Position numbers and translations under genes: made by a program. The notes beneath the pieces were generated by a model, which saw only the letters and a list, made by a program, of their open reading frames with translations, was not told the DNA's origin and made no database searches. From Proteromonas lacertae (Eukaryota), in NCBI GenBank assembly GCA_002245135.1, contig NGBS01000018.1, positions 62,001-126,000 on the forward strand: a stretch of 64,000 nucleotides of DNA, given 5' to 3'. Positions 1 to 12,100 of this stretch are shown here, piece after piece. Numbering within the stretch: the stretch's first letter is position 1; the number at the start of each line of letters is the position of its first letter.

Positions 1-1506
1 TCTAAATAGTAATAACATAATCCAATTCCTCTAAATATTGAGTAAACTCCTGAATCACTAATACCATTATTAATAGAATCTTTTGCTAAGAGTAATGGTG
101 GTAATGCTTCTTTATACTGATTCTATTGACAAATAGCTTAATATGATACTTGATAAAGATAAGCCATGCCAATTAATCTATTAGCTTCACATATTTCTTC
201 ATCAGTCTCAGCTAATTTCTTTGCTATATTCAATTCTTTAATTCCTTCTTCAAGTTTTAGCTATATCTTCTATAAAATAAAATATACTAAACCTAGCAGT
301 GAATGGCCTTTCATCAAATGAACTTTACTCTTTTGATTATCACTTGAACTATCTGCCACTTTCAATGCTTTTTCACTTGCATCTAATGCGGAACTATAGT
401 TATGCTATTGTAATAATGTGATTTAAAAACAATATATACTTGTATTAGATATGAAAAAGATATAAAAGTATGACTTAAACATACATCTTCATCATCATTT
501 GTGTATTGTAGCGATTTCTCCAAATATTCTCTTCCCATTTCAAATTGTTTCTATTAATAATAGTGTTAGAGAAATATAAATACAAGAAACATATATAATT
601 GTCCCATATATCGATTTACTAAATACAATTCAGAATCATCAACACCATCTATATGAGTTAGTGCTTTTCCGTAAGATTTGATGGAATCTTCATAATTTGA
701 CTATTATTGTTACACAAATCAAATCATATTTGAATATTATATTATACTACATCATAATATATCCTTCCCATTGATTTATATATGTCAAACACTACAGCAT
801 CATCAAAACCTTCAGTATATTTTAATGATTCTGTATATGCTTCTAATGCTTCATTATTTTTATCCTATATTATTTAATATATCTATAATAATACTTCATT
901 ATAACATATATTTCCTAACAGCATATATACTTTCAGCTTGAATACATTTTTATAATTTGTGATAAATTTGACTAATTCTCTTAATAAAACTAAAGCTTCT
1001 TCATTACAATCCTATAAATATAAGTTGACATTCATACTAATTGATGTTTACATAAGGCTTTCATATATTTTATTTGAATTTTATCATCATCATTATCAGA
1101 ATATTTCAATGCTTCATCTAAATGAGCTAGAGCTTCTTCTCTTTTATTCTAATAAACTTTAAATCAACTAATATACCATAGCAATTTTACAGTTACTTAA
1201 ACAATAGAAGTAATTACTTTTTTCCGATTCACTTTTCATAATTTTCTTCATTTCCCCTAAATATTTCAAAGCTTCTTCAAAATTCTCCAATTTTAAATAG
1301 CACAACTGTATTAAGTTAAAAACTCCATATTTTTCTGATTTGCATGTGCAATTAGGCAAAGATCTTTCGCATAGCGATATTGCTTCTTCATATTCACCGC
1401 TGGAGTATGATTTATCTGCTTCAGTCGTCAATATTTCATATGTCTAAACACAATAATTTTTGAAAATATATGTAATTACCTCATTTGCACTTTGAGTACA
1501 TCCCAT
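1..1506 (-). CDS. TPR-repeat protein with N-terminal MGC acylation motif (runs off window start)
   Basis: ATG at 1506 (MGCTQSANE). Nine phase-0 GT-AG introns (1444-1479, 1149-1176, 1012-1037, 865-894, 701-747, 551-583, 405-439, 261-287, 123-149) give one open frame with repeated TPR patterns (EEAL..L..AL; G..Y). Confidence 0.85.
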
Positions 1507-1598
1507 TCTTAGTGTAAAATCAGAAAAACGGTATTTGGTGTGTGAAAATATTTTTCATTAACCAATTCCAAAAATATAAAAAATGTAAAAAATAATAT

Positions 1599-2793
1599 TT
1601 ATTGAGTATTACTACTACCACCACTTCCAGCACCAGCACCTGCTCCACCATTATTCTGTCCATTCAACATACCTCCCATCATATTTAAGAATTCTGGATT
1701 TTGCATTGCACTAGTAGCCATATTCATTAAATCTGGGTTTTGCATAAGATTCTGAGCAACTGATCTTATAGCAGGGTTGTTCAATAAATCACCTAAACCT
1801 CCTAATCCACCTAATCCACCTAAATTATCTAAATTTGGAATATTAGGGATTCCACCACCTGTAGCTCCACCATTTTCACTTTTTCTTTTGTCTTTTACTT
1901 CATTCAATAAATTCTTCACCTCATTATTCTCAGAATCTAATCTTTTAGCTCTTTCAAGGCACTCTTCAGCATCTGCATATTTCTTTTCATACATGTAAGC
2001 TTTAGATAATCTTACTAATGCACGAATGTAAGTTGGATCAATCTCTAAAGCTTTTTTACAATCATTAATTGCATCATCATAATTATTTAAGTATATACTT
2101 GCAGCTGCTCTATTTGAATAATAAATATGACTGCCTTCTCCATCACTATTAGTTTCTATTGCTTTTGAATAAGCATCATATGCTTCTTGGTATTTACTTG
2201 ATTTTAATAATTCATTTCCTTCTTCTTTGTATTTATCAGCTTCCATTCTCTTTTCTGGTGATATTACAGATTTTGTGGATCTTGCTGCTGCTGCTGGTGG
2301 TGGTGGTGGCTCTTGTGATGCAGATTTTGCTGTTGATTTAGAATGTGCTATAGTGTATTTCTTAAGTAATGTTTCGTATTTTTCTTTATATTCAGCTGAT
2401 CCTTCTGCAAATGAACCAAAATATCCTTTGTCTTTTGCTTTCTGAACAAAATCTTTGAATTCTTTGGAATCTAAATTATTATTATAAAAACACAAATATA
2501 CTTTCAATTGAAATATTCTATTCAAATATATAATAATAAATAGTTATAAATACAGAATTAGAAAACATGTCAGTAAGACTTTCACTAATCCCATATGATT
2601 TTTGATCTTCAGCACTCTCTGTGTCTACTGCAAATACAGCTCTATAAAATAACTAATATGTTAAATACTTCAAACAATCTTTAGCAACATCAAGACTTTC
2701 ATCGGTTGTCTTACCGTTGGCTTTTACTTCATCAAGGTATTTTAGAAAAGCAAATGCTATTTGCTTATCAACTAATGTGAAAGAAGATGTCAT
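1599..2793 (-). CDS. SGTA: SGT/Sgt2-type TPR co-chaperone
   Basis: N-terminal dimerisation-like segment (IAFAFLKYL...ESLDVAKDCL), three TPRs (KEEGNELLK; YYSNRAAA) and a C-terminal STI1/DP-like M/N/P-rich region (LLNNPAIRSVAQNLMQNP). Three short introns. Confidence 0.85.
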
Positions 2794-2853
2794 TTTACCT
2801 AATTACTAGTAATTTTGACATTGAATTTACTCTAATTTGACATTTCTATTGAA

Positions 2854-3307
2854 ATGACTAAATCAGCTCCAAAATCAGCTCTCTGCTCTATTGCAAAACC
2901 ATTAGCAGGTGAAAAACTAACCAAAAAGATCTATAAATTAGCAAAGAAAGGTATTTATTTCTGATTATATATTTATAGCCGCTGGTGCTAAATCAATTCA
3001 TAGAGGTGTAAAAGAAGTCGGTAAATTCATACGAAAAGGTGAAAAGGGGTATTGCTTTATGGTTTTATTATATAGATTGGTATTAATCGCAGGTGACATA
3101 TCCCCAATTGATGTAATTTCTCATTTACCAGTATTGTGTGAAGAAAATAAAATCCCATATGTATTTGTCCCAGCCAAAAGTGATTTAGGTGCTGCTGCCG
3201 GAACTAAGAGACCTACTAGTTGTATAATGTTCAAAGTATCTGATTCAGCTGAATTCAAAGAAAAATACGATTCAATTATAAAGAAATTAAAATCAAAAGA
3301 TGAATAA
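2854..3307 (+). CDS. NHP2: H/ACA snoRNP subunit 2 (L7Ae family)
   Basis: Spliced product contains IAKPLA...[39 protein letters not shown]...GTKRPTSC. Introns of 28 and 27 nt. Confidence 0.93.
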
Positions 3308-3452
3308 TTTAGTGCTAGTCGTTTTCTTTTGTCATAATTATATTATTATTTGTTTCTATATTGTTTATTTGTATTATTATCAAGAATAAAACACAAAAAT
3401 AAACTCTAATAATAAATTATATAATGTTGTATATATTTACTTGTGATTTTTT

Positions 3453-6400
3453 CTACTTTGGTTCATCTTGTCTTCCACTCATTTTTACAAAACTATTTTT
3501 TATTTTTGAAAAGCTTATTCTATTAGATGATTTATTTACTGCAGCAACAGATGGAGCAGGTGTAGCTTTAGCATTTGCATTACTAACACCTGGAGTTCTT
3601 GGTGCTTTCTTCTTATTTCCCAACAACTCTTTCTTTTCTTGTTCCAACAACTCAGACTCTTCTAAATCTTCAATTACTGCATTCAAATAAGCGATTTTTA
3701 GATATTTTAATGATTTTTTCAATAACAGACACTGTCTATACTCAGCATATTCTATTCTATGTAAAAAGCTTTCATAATATCCTTTTGTTTGAACCAAATG
3801 AACAATTGTATCTTTAGCATCATTAAAAACATTAGGATCATTCTTACCTAATTTATCTTTAACTTTCTTATTCAAACTTGCACCTAAATTCAAACTAAAT
3901 GTACCAGCTTCAAAATACTTTTTGAATAGATCATTTTCACTTAATGTCCTTCTATCAAACTCCTGTATCTTTTCATGTGCAGCAGCATCATCCCAAAATG
4001 ATATTAAATTGCCTTGATTAATTGTTCCTAAATACATACCAAAATAACCTCTTGCTAATGGATCTTCTAATACTTTCTTCACTATATCTTGTTTCTTTTG
4101 ATTAACAGGATATGAAACATCAACTACTTTCTTCTTTGGTTTTTTAAACGATATAAAAATTGGATAAAGTACTTGTACAAAACCGAACGATGTATTTAGA
4201 AGAATTAATACTATATAATCTCTATCTTCTGGTTCTGAAACTGATCTTGAGATAATAGTGTACGGATAAGCAACTAACTCTAAAATAATTAATGGAACAC
4301 AAGTCTTAATAAGAAGTGTATCTTTATAAGCATACCAAATATAAAGTGAAGATAATAAGCAATAAACTAATGCTAATATAATAATAGGTGCAATAACTAA
4401 TGAAGTATCACCATCATTACAATAATTATAAATATGTGGTTTATCACCAATCATTATTTCTTTATCACTTGGTTGAGCTGGATATGCAAATAACAATACC
4501 AACATTAAAACTACTGAAAAGCCACACCATCCAGATAATTCTATTAATTGTTCTTTTAATGGATATGGTTTGCCAGCTAAATTGCTAAAAACAAAATTTA
4601 CTAAAACATAAAATGCAGCTGTATAAGATATTAATCCACACATTGAACAGAATGGAGTCATATTGCATACAAATGTAGATGGAGCTAAATACAATGCTAA
4701 ACTTGCAATTATATATAAAATCCATGAATAATTCAACACTTCCGTCAATTTTGGAAAATCATCAAATTTCTTCTTATATCTTTTCTTTAAATATCCAGGA
4801 ACAGCAATATTCAATAATATGGTTAAAATAACAAAGCATAATGTTGGAATACCTTTTGCATCTAAATCAATCATTACAATTTCTCTTTCAGTTATCCATA
4901 CCCAATTAGCTGGATAAACTGGTCGACATAGACACTCTTCATCATCAGCACTACATTCACTCACTTTACAATATGCTTCAGTAGTTGGATATACAACTTT
5001 TGCGAATTTCTTATGATCTTTTCTCCTTTCAATCATTTGAACTATTTCTCCTCCACCTTCTTCATTTCTAAATACTCCAGTCTGGAATTGAACTTTACCA
5101 AAGAAAGTCTCAAATGGTTTGCAAGTGTATGTTACATCTGGACAGGAGATTGTTGAACTACAAATATCATCAGTAATAAGACCAGCTGGAGTGACACAGT
5201 TACTAAATGAATTTTGAAATACTATATAATAATAAAATATATTATTAATATATATATATATACCATCAATTAAACTAGTAAAAGTAGCTAATTTAAAGAA
5301 ATTGTTGTTAGATATATCAATCATCTTTTTACCAGTAGCAATCTCCAATAATCGTTGAATTGTAACACCAATATGTGAACCTAAAGCAATATACTTCAAA
5401 TCTCTATCTTTCAAATGAGTAGTACCAGCATCATAATTATCATCAGCTAAATATCGAGCAAAATTTTCATAAGCATATATTGAAAAATCTGTTGTGTTTC
5501 CCATGTATTTCCCACTATGACCTTTTTCTAAATCTAAGTTATAATCAGTCACTCCCATCCAATAAGTGTTATATGCATTAACATCTGTGCTATCATACAT
5601 CAATGATAGATCATTATAAACACCTGCCCATTTAGGTAACCATCTCAATGTCTTGATATATTCCATTATATTCCTTGTATAACTGCTTGATAAGTAATAA
5701 AAACCATCAACATTTTGAGATGAAAAATAATTAATCCATTTATTCACATCTATTTTTTGTTGATTAATTGAATGTGAGTTTACTGACACTGAGGGAAAAG
5801 CGCAAGTTTCATCTGCAGGACAATCTAAATCTTTCTGACAATTACTACCATAAGGATTTGATCTTTCTCCACTACATCTTTTGATGACTGATATATCTGA
5901 CACTTGTGATAATTTCGTAGCTAATGTGCTTTCGAATAATTGTGAAGATGAATCTGTATCATTATCTACAAGGATTGCTAAACTTTTTATACCAATACTA
6001 CTGATGAAATCAACTAGATTGTTGACTTTGTGATATGAATTTGAACCACTAAATATTATTATATTATATATATATTATATACGGTCCAAATACAAATTCA
6101 AAATCACTGTTATATACTAAATCTTCCTGTGATGCTGTAATTGCTATTATATTTGAACCAGTTGATAATATAATTCCATTTACAGTTGCTAATTGTTGAT
6201 GAACTATAATTGCATTATAAAAATGTATATATAAATATACTTTCATAGGCAATTGCAGCTGATGTTGGTGTGACTATGATATTTGGTTTTTGACTATCAT
6301 CTCTTTTCTGTATGTCTGTCACTAATGTCTTTATATTTGCTGATATAAATTCTGAATCTGCTGTTGGTTTAGCTGCAATATCCCAAATAACTACTTCGAT

Positions 6401-6773
6401 GCATTTACTATTACATTATATTACACTAATTCCTAATATACTAATCTGAAGATTCACAACTATGAGCAAACCCACCATTCACACATATTCCATTATAATT
6501 TTTCATCATATAATCTCTCCATAACAATAAGCCAGTAGCCACCCTAATGTCTATAATGTAGTATAAAGAAAATAATACCATCCTCAGCAAATTCACCATA
6601 CATTGTAGCAAACATTTCCACTCTTACACAAGAAGTATTCATAGGAAAAATGTCGCTTCCAACAAAATTCACGTAATAGGAATAAACATGGTATTTAGAC
6701 TATAAAATAACTTAAAAATATATTATACTAATATAAAAAATAACAGATAAGCAGTCAAATAATTTAAATTCAT
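3453..6773 (-). CDS. Class-C-like GPCR (periplasmic-binding/Venus-flytrap-like ectodomain + 7TM) fused to C-terminal RGS domain
   Basis: Signal peptide from ATG 6773; PBP1-like motifs (NGI..G...IEVVIWD; IGIKSLAILVDN); seven hydrophobic segments; RGS-like tail VLEDPLARGYFGMYL...NLISFW...FKKYF...LNL...VFNDAKDTIVHLV...YESFL. Confidence 0.7.
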
Positions 6774-6825
6774 GATTTGTATTGAAAAACGAATATGAAT
6801 ACAAAAATATTATCCGTTTCTAAAA

Positions 6826-7420
6826 ATGATTAAAACCAATTTCAATTCATCCAATACTATAAATGTACTTTTACTAGGTAATTCTGAATGTGGCAAATCA
6901 AGTTTCGTTAAAAAGTATATCATTAATATAAAATGTTAGACTTGTTTATGATAATTTTGAAGAAAACTATATTGAAACACTTGGCATTGATGTGTATACT
7001 AAAGAAATGACATCTTTATCAAAGTATTGTTTTTCTTTACTATTATCTAGTTCCACAGTTACTTTTCAGTTTTTTGATCCTAGCGGTCATGAAAGAATAA
7101 TACCATATGTTCAACAATTCTATTTGAAATGCAATCTAGTTATTTTAATGTACTACTGTACAAATAATGAATCATTCAAACATCTAGTGTTTTGGTATAA
7201 TGAAATAATTAGAAACTCACAAGAAATTCCAATTATTATGATTGGGACTAAATGTGATTTATCTGAAAGACAGATATCAGAAAAAGATGGTAAAAATCAA
7301 GCAGATAGTTGGTCAGTTCCGCATTTTACTATTTCATCTAAATCAGGGTTTAATATAATTAAATTAATATCATTTTTATCGGAACAGCAATACAATAACA
7401 GTGATATAAATACAATTTAA
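6826..7420 (+). CDS. Divergent Rab-like small GTPase without C-terminal prenylation cysteines
   Basis: G1 GNSECGKS, effector YIETLGID, G3 DPSGHE, G4 GTKCD, G5 ISSK. Two short introns. Confidence 0.8.
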
Positions 7421-7594
7421 TATTAGCATATAAATATATACTATTTATTTATTTTCATATCATGTATTTTTCCTATATCTGAATATGTTAAATATTAATA
7501 TTTGCTTATGTTTAAACTATTATGTAAAAAAGGAAATGTAAATAGATCAAGCTATTTCAAGCTTTTCTCATTTTTTCTTGTTTTAATTTACAGT

Positions 7595-9112
7595 ATGATA
7601 GGAATCGATTTAGGAACTACCAATTCTTGTGTTGGTGTTTGGAAAGTTGGAAAAGTCGAATTGGCTACAAATAATATGGGTAGTAGAACAACTCCCTCCT
7701 ATGTCTTGTTTAAAGAAGATGAGATTGTTACAGGCGATGCTGCGAAATTATCATTAAAATCAGAATTAGTTGCATATGATTCAAAAAGATTTTTAGGTAA
7801 GAGATTCGATGATAGTTCAATTCAAAAGAATATGAAGTACTATTCATTTAATCTTGTTAAAGATCCTAATGGTAATCCAAAATACAGTATACCACACAGT
7901 ACCAGAACTTCCACTTTTTCACCCATTGAAGTTTCTTCTTACATATTAAAAGATTTATTTAAAAATGCAAAAACCCTATTGGGAGATAACACAACAATTA
8001 CTGATGTAGTAATAGCTGTACCTGCATACTTCAATACAAATCAGAAAGAAGCTACATTAAATGCAGCAAAACTAGCAGATTTGCCTCGTCCAAAACTAAT
8101 AACAGAACCAATAGCTGCAGCTTATGCATATGAATATAATAAGGTAAATGAGAATAAAATATTATTAGTTTATGATCTGGGAGGTGGAACATTTGATGTT
8201 AGTATTATTAAAGTAGAAAAAGACAAAATGGATGTAATAGGAATTGGAGGTGATAATGAATTAGGTGGAAGAGATTTTGATAATAGATTAGTTGATCACT
8301 ACAATGGAATATATAAAAGAGTAAAAGATCAAGAAATATATAAAAATAAAAAGAACTTAAGTAAATTAAGAAAAGGTTGCGAAATAATGAAACAGTTTTT
8401 ATCTGTTCAAGAGAATTGTTCATTGGCAAATGTTAGTTGCTTTGAAGAAGACGATGACTTTGATGATAATGATCTTAGAATGACTAGAGCTCAATTTGAA
8501 GAATTGAATCTTGAGTCTTTTATTAATACAATAAATATAGTTGATAAAACAATTAGAGAGAGTGGGCTAAGTAGAAATGATATTGATGATGTTTTATTGA
8601 TTGGAGGAAGTAGTAAAATACCAAAAATAAAAGAACTATTAAGGAATTATTTTGGTAAAGATTTGAAATGTGATATAAATGGTGATGAAGCAGTAGCAAT
8701 TGGTGCAACTCTATTTGCTAATAAAACTGATGAAAGAGTAATAAACAGAAATATAAGTGAAATACTTCCTTTTTCAATAGGAATAAGTACAAGTCATAAT
8801 AGTTTCTCTGAAATAGTTAAGAAATTTACTAAAATCCCAACATCAGAACCAATAACAAGAAAATATCAAACAAGTAGAGATTATCAAGATTTTGTTGAAA
8901 TTCAAGTATTAGAAAAAGATCAAACTGGTAAAATAATTGAATTGACAACATTATCTATTAATCCAATTGCATGTAAGAAAAGAGGAGAAGTTACAGTCGA
9001 TGTTAGTTTTTCTATCAGTGATAATGGATTATTAGAAGTTTTTGCTATTGAGAATTGTAGTGGAAAAACAAGAAAACGTACTGTTTCAATTCAAAATAGT
9101 TTGTTTCATTAA
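7595..9112 (+). CDS. Atypical Hsp70-family protein (NBD + partial SBD, no lid/EEVD)
   Basis: IGIDLGTTNS, VPAYF, DLGGGTFDVS, LIGGSSKIPKI. No intron in this span; ends after the SBD beta strands. Confidence 0.88.
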   Translation: MIGIDLGTTNSCVGVWKVGKVELATNNMGSRTTPSYVLFKEDEIVTGDAAKLSLKSELVAYDSKRFLGKRFDDSSIQKNMKYYSFNLVKDPNGNPKYSIPHSTRTSTFSPIEVSSYILKDLFKNAKTLLGDNTTITDVVIAVPAYFNTNQKEATLNAAKLADLPRPKLITEPIAAAYAYEYNKVNENKILLVYDLGGGTFDVSIIKVEKDKMDVIGIGGDNELGGRDFDNRLVDHYNGIYKRVKDQEIYKNKKNLSKLRKGCEIMKQFLSVQENCSLANVSCFEEDDDFDDNDLRMTRAQFEELNLESFINTINIVDKTIRESGLSRNDIDDVLLIGGSSKIPKIKELLRNYFGKDLKCDINGDEAVAIGATLFANKTDERVINRNISEILPFSIGISTSHNSFSEIVKKFTKIPTSEPITRKYQTSRDYQDFVEIQVLEKDQTGKIIELTTLSINPIACKKRGEVTVDVSFSISDNGLLEVFAIENCSGKTRKRTVSIQNSLFH

Positions 9113-9173
9113 AAACACATATTTATATTTATAATAATATATGTTATTCTTTGAAATTGTTTCTTTATATGAT

Positions 9174-12100
9174 TTAAATCCAAGGGCAAGTTATTACATT
9201 CATCTGAGATAAATTAACTGGATCGATTGACTTACTGATCAAATTGAAAATATCATTTTTCACTTTATTAATCCTTTTATTAATTCTTTCATGGTTTCTA
9301 TCAGCTACTGCTCTTATTTCTTTCAGTAAATTATCATTTTCTTCATCAATTACATCTTTTTTCATTTCTATACAACCACTCTTCATAACATATAGATTCT
9401 CATTTTCATAATTATTAATAAAGCCACTTAATGGGAATATATTTGCTTCAACACTTTCACTTAAACCATTCAAAACACTAATAAATGTCCCAGTTAAACT
9501 CTTTTCACCTATAAATTCTAATATATTTGGAGTTAATCTGAATTTCGTTGGACAATTACATTTCAGTGAATAATTCTTATTATTAATATCATATTTTGGA
9601 TGGAAATTCAAACTGTTATAGATTGATCCATTTGATTGTGAAAATAATAAAGTATCTGGTGTTCTATTCTCAATACAAAACACATAACTGAAGTAACTAT
9701 GTAACGCATATTCCTTAACAAATTGTTGATGGAAAACATAATAGTAATCTGTTGATAAACTGTTCTTTATTCTATTCATATATATATATATATATATATA
9801 TTATAAAATATACATATAATCTTTCAACATATTTGAACCACATAATCCAAATATTTTACCATAATTATCTTTACGAGTCTCCAAATTAATTTCATTACTC
9901 ACAGTTTCACAGTATTTCTGAATCATTTCAATATTCTTTGGTTTATCCTTTGATAAGTTATATATGTCTGACAATGAGATATTCGTAACATCATCTTCAA
10001 CTAAGAACAGTCCTGGACTTATTGGAATGGTGATTTTCATATTATATTTAATATGTCTATTACTAGAATAACTATTATCATTTAATGCAATATTTAATAA
10101 TCCCATCATATTCATAATTCTATCTTTTAAATCAGATTCATTATAATATTGATAAGTATTCACATATTTTACATACATATTCATTGCTTGACCTCTATCA
10201 CTTAATAGAGTCAAAACTCTATAAGGAACTGAATTACGATTAATAATATGAATCAATTCATGGAATCCAATCAATTGAGGTGGTTTATCACTTATATGAA
10301 CTGATATATTATCCATTTTAGTATAACATCCCAACATCTCAATACCTGGTTCTCTGAATGTAGAGAAATAATGAGATACTCTAGATAATAACATTGGATT
10401 TTCATTCTGAGTAATTGCTATATTGTGTATAATATCAATCCATTTGTAAAGTCTTTCTATTGCTTCTAAATTTGTTCTTGGGAAGTTGATATTGGAGATG
10501 TTATTTCCAGGTAATGTATTTACATTCATATCAGATATAAAGTCATTATAAAAGTCATTTTGCAGTGTTGAAAGTATTGGGTTATTGGCAAATATTTCTC
10601 TACATATCTTTTCGCATAATTTACTCAAATTGGTTGCTGCTACCATATTCATTGGTTGTGTAAGATTATCAGACTTTAATAACGATTCAACATGATTTTG
10701 TAACTATTTATAATAATAATAATAATAAATATATATATATACATGGGTTATTGCTTCTACAATATGAATAGTAGCAAATCTACTATAACATTCTTCATAG
10801 ATTAAAGTTATGGTTGTATATTCACGGTTGGCAGTTTTTCTAATGAAGTTATTAAGTTCTTCGATCTTTTTAACATAATTTGTATATATTTTTCTTGAAT
10901 AATTCAATAAATGAGATTGTTGTTGTTGTTGTTGCTGTTGTGGTGTTTTTTTCAATTTCAACATACAATTAGCTAGTCTTATGGATGGTATTATTAATTG
11001 TGGATATGTTTTAGCAATACAAAATAGTATTTCAGTTGAATAATCATTTTCTTTTGTTTTCAACATATAGAAATAATGATGAATATATTTAATCCATAAC
11101 CAATGAGGAATTAATGTAATTAACTTGTACAAGTTATATTCAAATTTGGTTAAATCAATCTTATTGGTTAAAAAGAAGATTCTTCCTAAATATAATTGGT
11201 ATTTTTCTGGATCATTCTTCAATGCATGGAAATAACAAATAATAGCTTGAAAAGCATATTCATCGATTTCTTTACACTTCGATGATAATTGTTGTTGAGA
11301 TGAAGATGATAATGGTAAAGGAGTTAACATTTGCTGTTGTTGCTGCATTTGCATTTGGATTTGTTGAGATGAAATTGCTTTCATATAAAATTGATCATAT
11401 GTTTTACCCCATTCACACCATAATTTACTATTTTCATTATACATTTGCAAACCATTTGTACAATACTTTGATATTGATTCTAATGTAATATTTCTTCTAT
11501 GTTTTTCTTCAATTCTGAGGTAAAATAATATCTTCAAATATTCGAAATTTGATTGGATATTTCGGAGAGAATAATCCTTTCGGTATATTATCCAATAACT
11601 CTTTACCTTGTTCCAATTGATTATCATGTAAGAATAATAAACATTTATTCTTTATTTTCACATATAAATCATTCACTTCAGTTACTCTCATATTCTCTAT
11701 TTCATTCAAGTATGTTGCTGCAGTTATATATTGTTTCTGTTTTCTTGATATATTTGCTAATTTGATATTCAGCCAAACATTCTTCATTTCTAAAGGGAAT
11801 GATTTCTCACTGTTATTATTATCAGTAACTTGTAAATAATCTAAAAATGTCTTTCTCCATATGTATAAATTATCCCATAATTGGAGTAACGAATCACTTT
11901 TTGATGGATTTTGGAAATACCATGTTGCATTAATATAATTCATTAAATCAGCTGGTTTTTTATTACTTTCTTCTGGAGCTTCTGTAAACTCTAATAACAA
12001 TTGACTTAAGTTCAAAATGGGTGATATTAATGGAGTAATTAGACTTTCAGAGTATTTCCATTTGTAATATACTTTTGCTTTTAAGTTTGCTAATTGATTC

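Noticed and set aside
7502..7594. Signal peptide on the Hsp70-like ORF (FFLVLIYS)
   Set aside because: It depends on a TTG start and overlaps the CAAGC promoter-like motif. ATG 7595 directly precedes the conserved IGIDLGTT.
9778..9801. (TA)n, (AAT)n, (CAA)n, (GAA)n and GGAGAT runs as special arrays or CRISPR
   Set aside because: These are ordinary microsatellites in introns or poly-N/Q/E/GGD coding tracts, with no repeat-spacer structure or cas genes.
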